Shown here one piece after another: positions 20,957 through 24,052 of a DNA stretch of 24,052 bases. Position 1 is the stretch's first letter. Each line of letters begins with the position of its first letter. A model generated the notes under the pieces. That model was not told the DNA's origin. It did not search any database and saw only the letters and a program-made list of their open reading frames with translations. This DNA is from Vitrella brassicaformis CCMP3155 (lineage: Eukaryota > Protista > Chromerida), in NCBI GenBank assembly GCA_001179505.1, contig CDMY01000754.1:1-24052 (forward strand), given 5' to 3'. A program made the translations under genes and the position numbers.

Positions 20957-21989
20957 ATGATGTGTCTTGTCCCCTCCCCCTTCCCCCTTTCGGTGCTCCT
21001 CGTCTACACGATGATGGCTGCCGCATCGGCCGAGAGGCAGAGCCACTTATCCTTTATCACGCCGACGCGAGCACTGACGCCGTCCGCCCTCCTGAAGAGG
21101 CGAGAGAACATGTTGCAGAAAGAGCCCGAAGAGTCGTTGCCGGTCTGGCCAACATGGCAGCCGCCATCATCATCATCATGGGTGTCATCTCTCGAGCGGC
21201 AGGAGGAGGCGCTGACGACGCTGTTTCTCGATGCAATGGGCGAGGGGAAGGAGGGCGGCAGTGCGACCCCAAAGAAGGGCAAGGACTGGAGTCGGATATT
21301 GCCCAGGGCACTTATCTTCTTCATCGCATTCCTATACGGCACGGTGAGTGAGCGGCCAATGCAATGCACACCTTCATCCATGCGTGGGTGCATCGATCGA
21401 TCATCCCTCGGTGGTGTGGGTGTGTGTGTCAGAACTTCGGTGCCGTCAAGATCATTGGCGAGGAGGGGCTGACCTCTATCGGCGGGCTGGCGCGTTTCTC
21501 GGTGTCTGCGCTGGTGCTGCTGCCATTCATGTTCAAAAAGGGCATACAAAAGGTACGCACGCGCGGCGGAGATCAATGCCTTTGAACGAGACGATTGCGC
21601 GTGTGTGTGCGCGTGTGTCCAGGGAGCCATCCGTGACGGTTTTCTCGCCGGCGTGCCTGGCGGCCTGGGCTATGTTAGCCAGGCACTCTCCCTGCAGTTT
21701 ATCAACGCCAACACGTGTGCCTTCTTCTGCTCCTTGTCCGTGGTCATCATCCCGTTCCTTGAGGCCCTCAGGGGCAAGACCATCCAGCAGAGGTCCGCAT
21801 ATTCACCACCAGATGCCAGCCACGGAGATGCTGACCTTCCTTCTTGATATTTCAGGTCATGGGTAGCGGCTTTGTTGGCTGCCAGTGGTGTCGGTCTTCT
21901 GGAGCTGCCTCTGCCCTTCGATTTCCTCAATGCCGGATCTGCCACGTACGGATGCTTGAGAAGGCGAGCAGTGGTTCGAGTGCATACCC

Positions 21990-22026
<37 letters not shown>

Positions 22027-23181
22027 TGTGTGGACAGGGCCGCTGCGGCGAGCACGGCAGTGGTGCCGCCGAGCGGTTTCTGGGCGAGTATCCCATTCAT
22101 CGGGGAAGGGCTGGCACTGCTCCAGGTATACTCATGGAGCCACACCGACACACACACACACATAGGATGGGAGCAGGCAGGCTTCCCCCTCTCCAACTGT
22201 CGATCGATGTCATGTGTGCAGGCTGTGGGTTTTGCCGTGTGCTACATCATGGTGGAGGACGCCATGCAGGAGTACGACAAGGACGTCGTCCCATACTCGG
22301 CTGCACTCACGATAGGTACGCCTACGCACGAACGAACGAGACACATGCGATGCGCATGTGGTCAACATCTGCGCCGCGCCCACACCATTCCTTCCGTCAG
22401 GAGTTGCGGCGGTTGCGGGCGCCTACACGCTGCGTGAGGTGTTCACTGGCGGGTGGGAGACGGGAATCGGCGGGCTGGCGTGGGGGCAGATCGCGGCCGC
22501 GATCCAGAAGCCGACCGTCCTGCTCGCCATCTTCTGGACGGGTGGGCAGATGGGATGGACCCAGCACAGATGAGTGAGTCGATGCCTTTATGTGTCTGTG
22601 CGTTTGTGCGTCTGTGTCTGTGTGTGCGTGTGTGTGTGTGTGGTCAGGTGTGGTGACGACTGCGTTGACCATCCTCGGTGAGAACTGGGCGCTGCAGCGT
22701 GTCAGTGCAACCGAGATGTCCCTCATCCTCACCAGCGAACCTTTGTGGGCAGCCATGTTCTCCGCTCTACTGCTGGGTGTGTACGCCACACACAACCTTA
22801 CCCCGCACACACGCACACGCACACACGCCTTACCTGTTCTTTCCATCTGCAGGTGAGATGGTGACTCCTCGGCTGTTCCTGGGCGGCTTCTTCATCGTCC
22901 TGGCGTGTCTGATCCGCGAGTTGCCGTTTGCGACGCTGTTCAGCTACCTGCCTTTGCCGTTCTTCAAGAAGCGCTTTGAAGTCGAGGACGACGAAATCAT
23001 CGAGGACGACCTCGAGAGGGTCAAGCCGAGCAAGAAGAAAAAGAGCCCTGTTGTTAACGAAGGCGGGTCTGGAGGTGTGGGGGGTGTCAATGACGTCAAC
23101 AGCAGTGGTAGTGGTAGTGGTAGTGGTACTGGTGGTGGAATAGAGGCAGTGAGGAGGCAAGACGAGGTGACCAAGATGTGA
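20957..23181 (+). CDS. EamA / drug-metabolite transporter (DMT) superfamily membrane protein (~515 aa, 9 exons)
   Basis: Exons 20957-21343, 21433-21552, 21623-21792, 21856-21945, 22038-22125, 22222-22315, 22401-22541, 22648-22776, 22853-23181; all GT-AG and phase-consistent (1,548 nt). Two EamA-like halves with about 10 hydrophobic helices: LYGTNFGAVK...ARFSVSALVLLPF, GYVSQALSLQFINANTCAFFCSLSVVIIPF, GEGLALLQAVGFA, WTGVVTTALTILGENWALQRVSATEMSLILTSEPLWAAMFSALLLGE. An upstream in-frame ATG at 20840 makes the start uncertain. Confidence 0.88.
21989..22031. repeat. Compound (CT)n(GT)n microsatellite in an intron of the EamA gene
   Basis: Read directly: a CT run followed by a TG run just upstream of the acceptor at 22037. 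Confidence 0.85.
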
Positions 23182-23280
23182 GGGATGGAGGGAGGTGGAT
23201 GGGGTGCGTGAGCACTCATGTCTGCTAATGAAGTCGTGAATGAATGTCCATTGCGTGTGTCTGTGGGGGGAGGGAGGGAG

Positions 23281-23340
23281 GTGTGGTATGGTGTGGTGTG
23301 GTGTGGTGTGCGGTGCATGTATGGTGCGGTGTGTACGGGT
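23281..23340. repeat. Degenerate (GGTGT)n pentanucleotide simple repeat downstream of the EamA stop codon
   Basis: GTGTGGTATGGTGTGGTGTGGTGTGGTGTGCGGTG... read directly. Confidence 0.75.
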
Positions 23341-24052
23341 AGCCAGGCGGCAGTCGGCTGTGGTTGCTGTATGCTCATGTATGTGTATCACACATACGGA
23401 GGACTTTTTGCCTCGTCGATTGATGAGATGAATGGCGTGCTCGACAGGGCGGGGTGGGGTAAGGCGGGAGGGTGGATGATGTGTCGACTTTAGTCAGTGT
23501 CGGTGATTGTTTCATATCATGGAGGGCAGGGGAGGTGGAGGGAGCCTGGCCTGCATTCACACAAGCAGGCATGTGTGTGTAAAGAAAGGACCAGGGAGGG
23601 AGGAGACATACACATTTTTCTCCCTCCCGGTGCTGCCGTATGTGGGCGCTGCACGGATGTGTCTCTGCGTGTCAGCGCCACTGACCACATAATATATGGC
23701 TCCGGAGTCACTGATTGATGCCGCACTGCTGCCTTGTGTCTTGAGGACAATCCGTCTGCGAGTTGTGGCTGTCTCTCTCCCTACTGCGATATCGCTTCCC
23801 CCACGACTCGTGTGGGAGCCGATATTGCTGTGCCGGGAGAGCAGCGTCAACGCGCACACGCGCCTGTGCAGCTTGACGGGGGAGATGGACACAATGAAAT
23901 GAATCTATGGCTTTTCTGTAGCTGATTCCGTTGCGGTTCTGCTCGGACACGTCAAGACAAGTCAAGACGTCATTTACCGTCCCGTTGCGTGTGCTCCAGC
24001 AGATCTCGAGGTGGCTCTTCCGATCTCAAGCACGCTCCCAACCATCATTCAC

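Noticed and set aside
23182-24052. Several 60-110 aa ORFs after the EamA stop codon
   Set aside because: Simple-repeat-rich and without consistent exon structure. A gene entering from beyond the window edge cannot be supported from this sequence alone.

Overview
Eukaryotic, GC-rich, intron-dense genomic DNA. The short GT-AG introns (40-125 nt) are rich in CA/TG repeats, and the lineage-expanded gene families present point to a chromerid alveolate such as Vitrella brassicaformis (inference, not a database match). I spliced seven gene models by hand, checking the reading phase at every junction. (A) 802-3678 (-): F-box-like/degenerate-LRR protein, frameshifted by a 19-bp tandem duplication. (B) 4204-12454 (+): 23-exon ULK4/RUNKEL-type pseudokinase with a HEAT/ARM-like C-terminus, about 2,126 aa. 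(C) 13221-14530 (-): lineage-specific hypothetical protein with a splice-phase conflict. (D) 15006-17665 (+): ankyrin-repeat, coiled-coil and C-terminal RING protein. (E) 17963-18821 (+): small type I membrane glycoprotein. (F) 19998-20600 (-): small hypothetical protein. (G) 20957-23181 (+): EamA/DMT transporter with a possible bipartite plastid leader. The most striking structure is a pair of ~230-bp, ~96% identical direct repeats (14557-14790 and 17744-17964) that bracket gene D. They look like a duplicated C/E intergenic promoter and 5'UTR module containing an 18-bp palindrome, a hairpin and a chain of stop/start-overlapping uORFs. I found no rRNA, tRNA, CRISPR array or transposase/RT gene.
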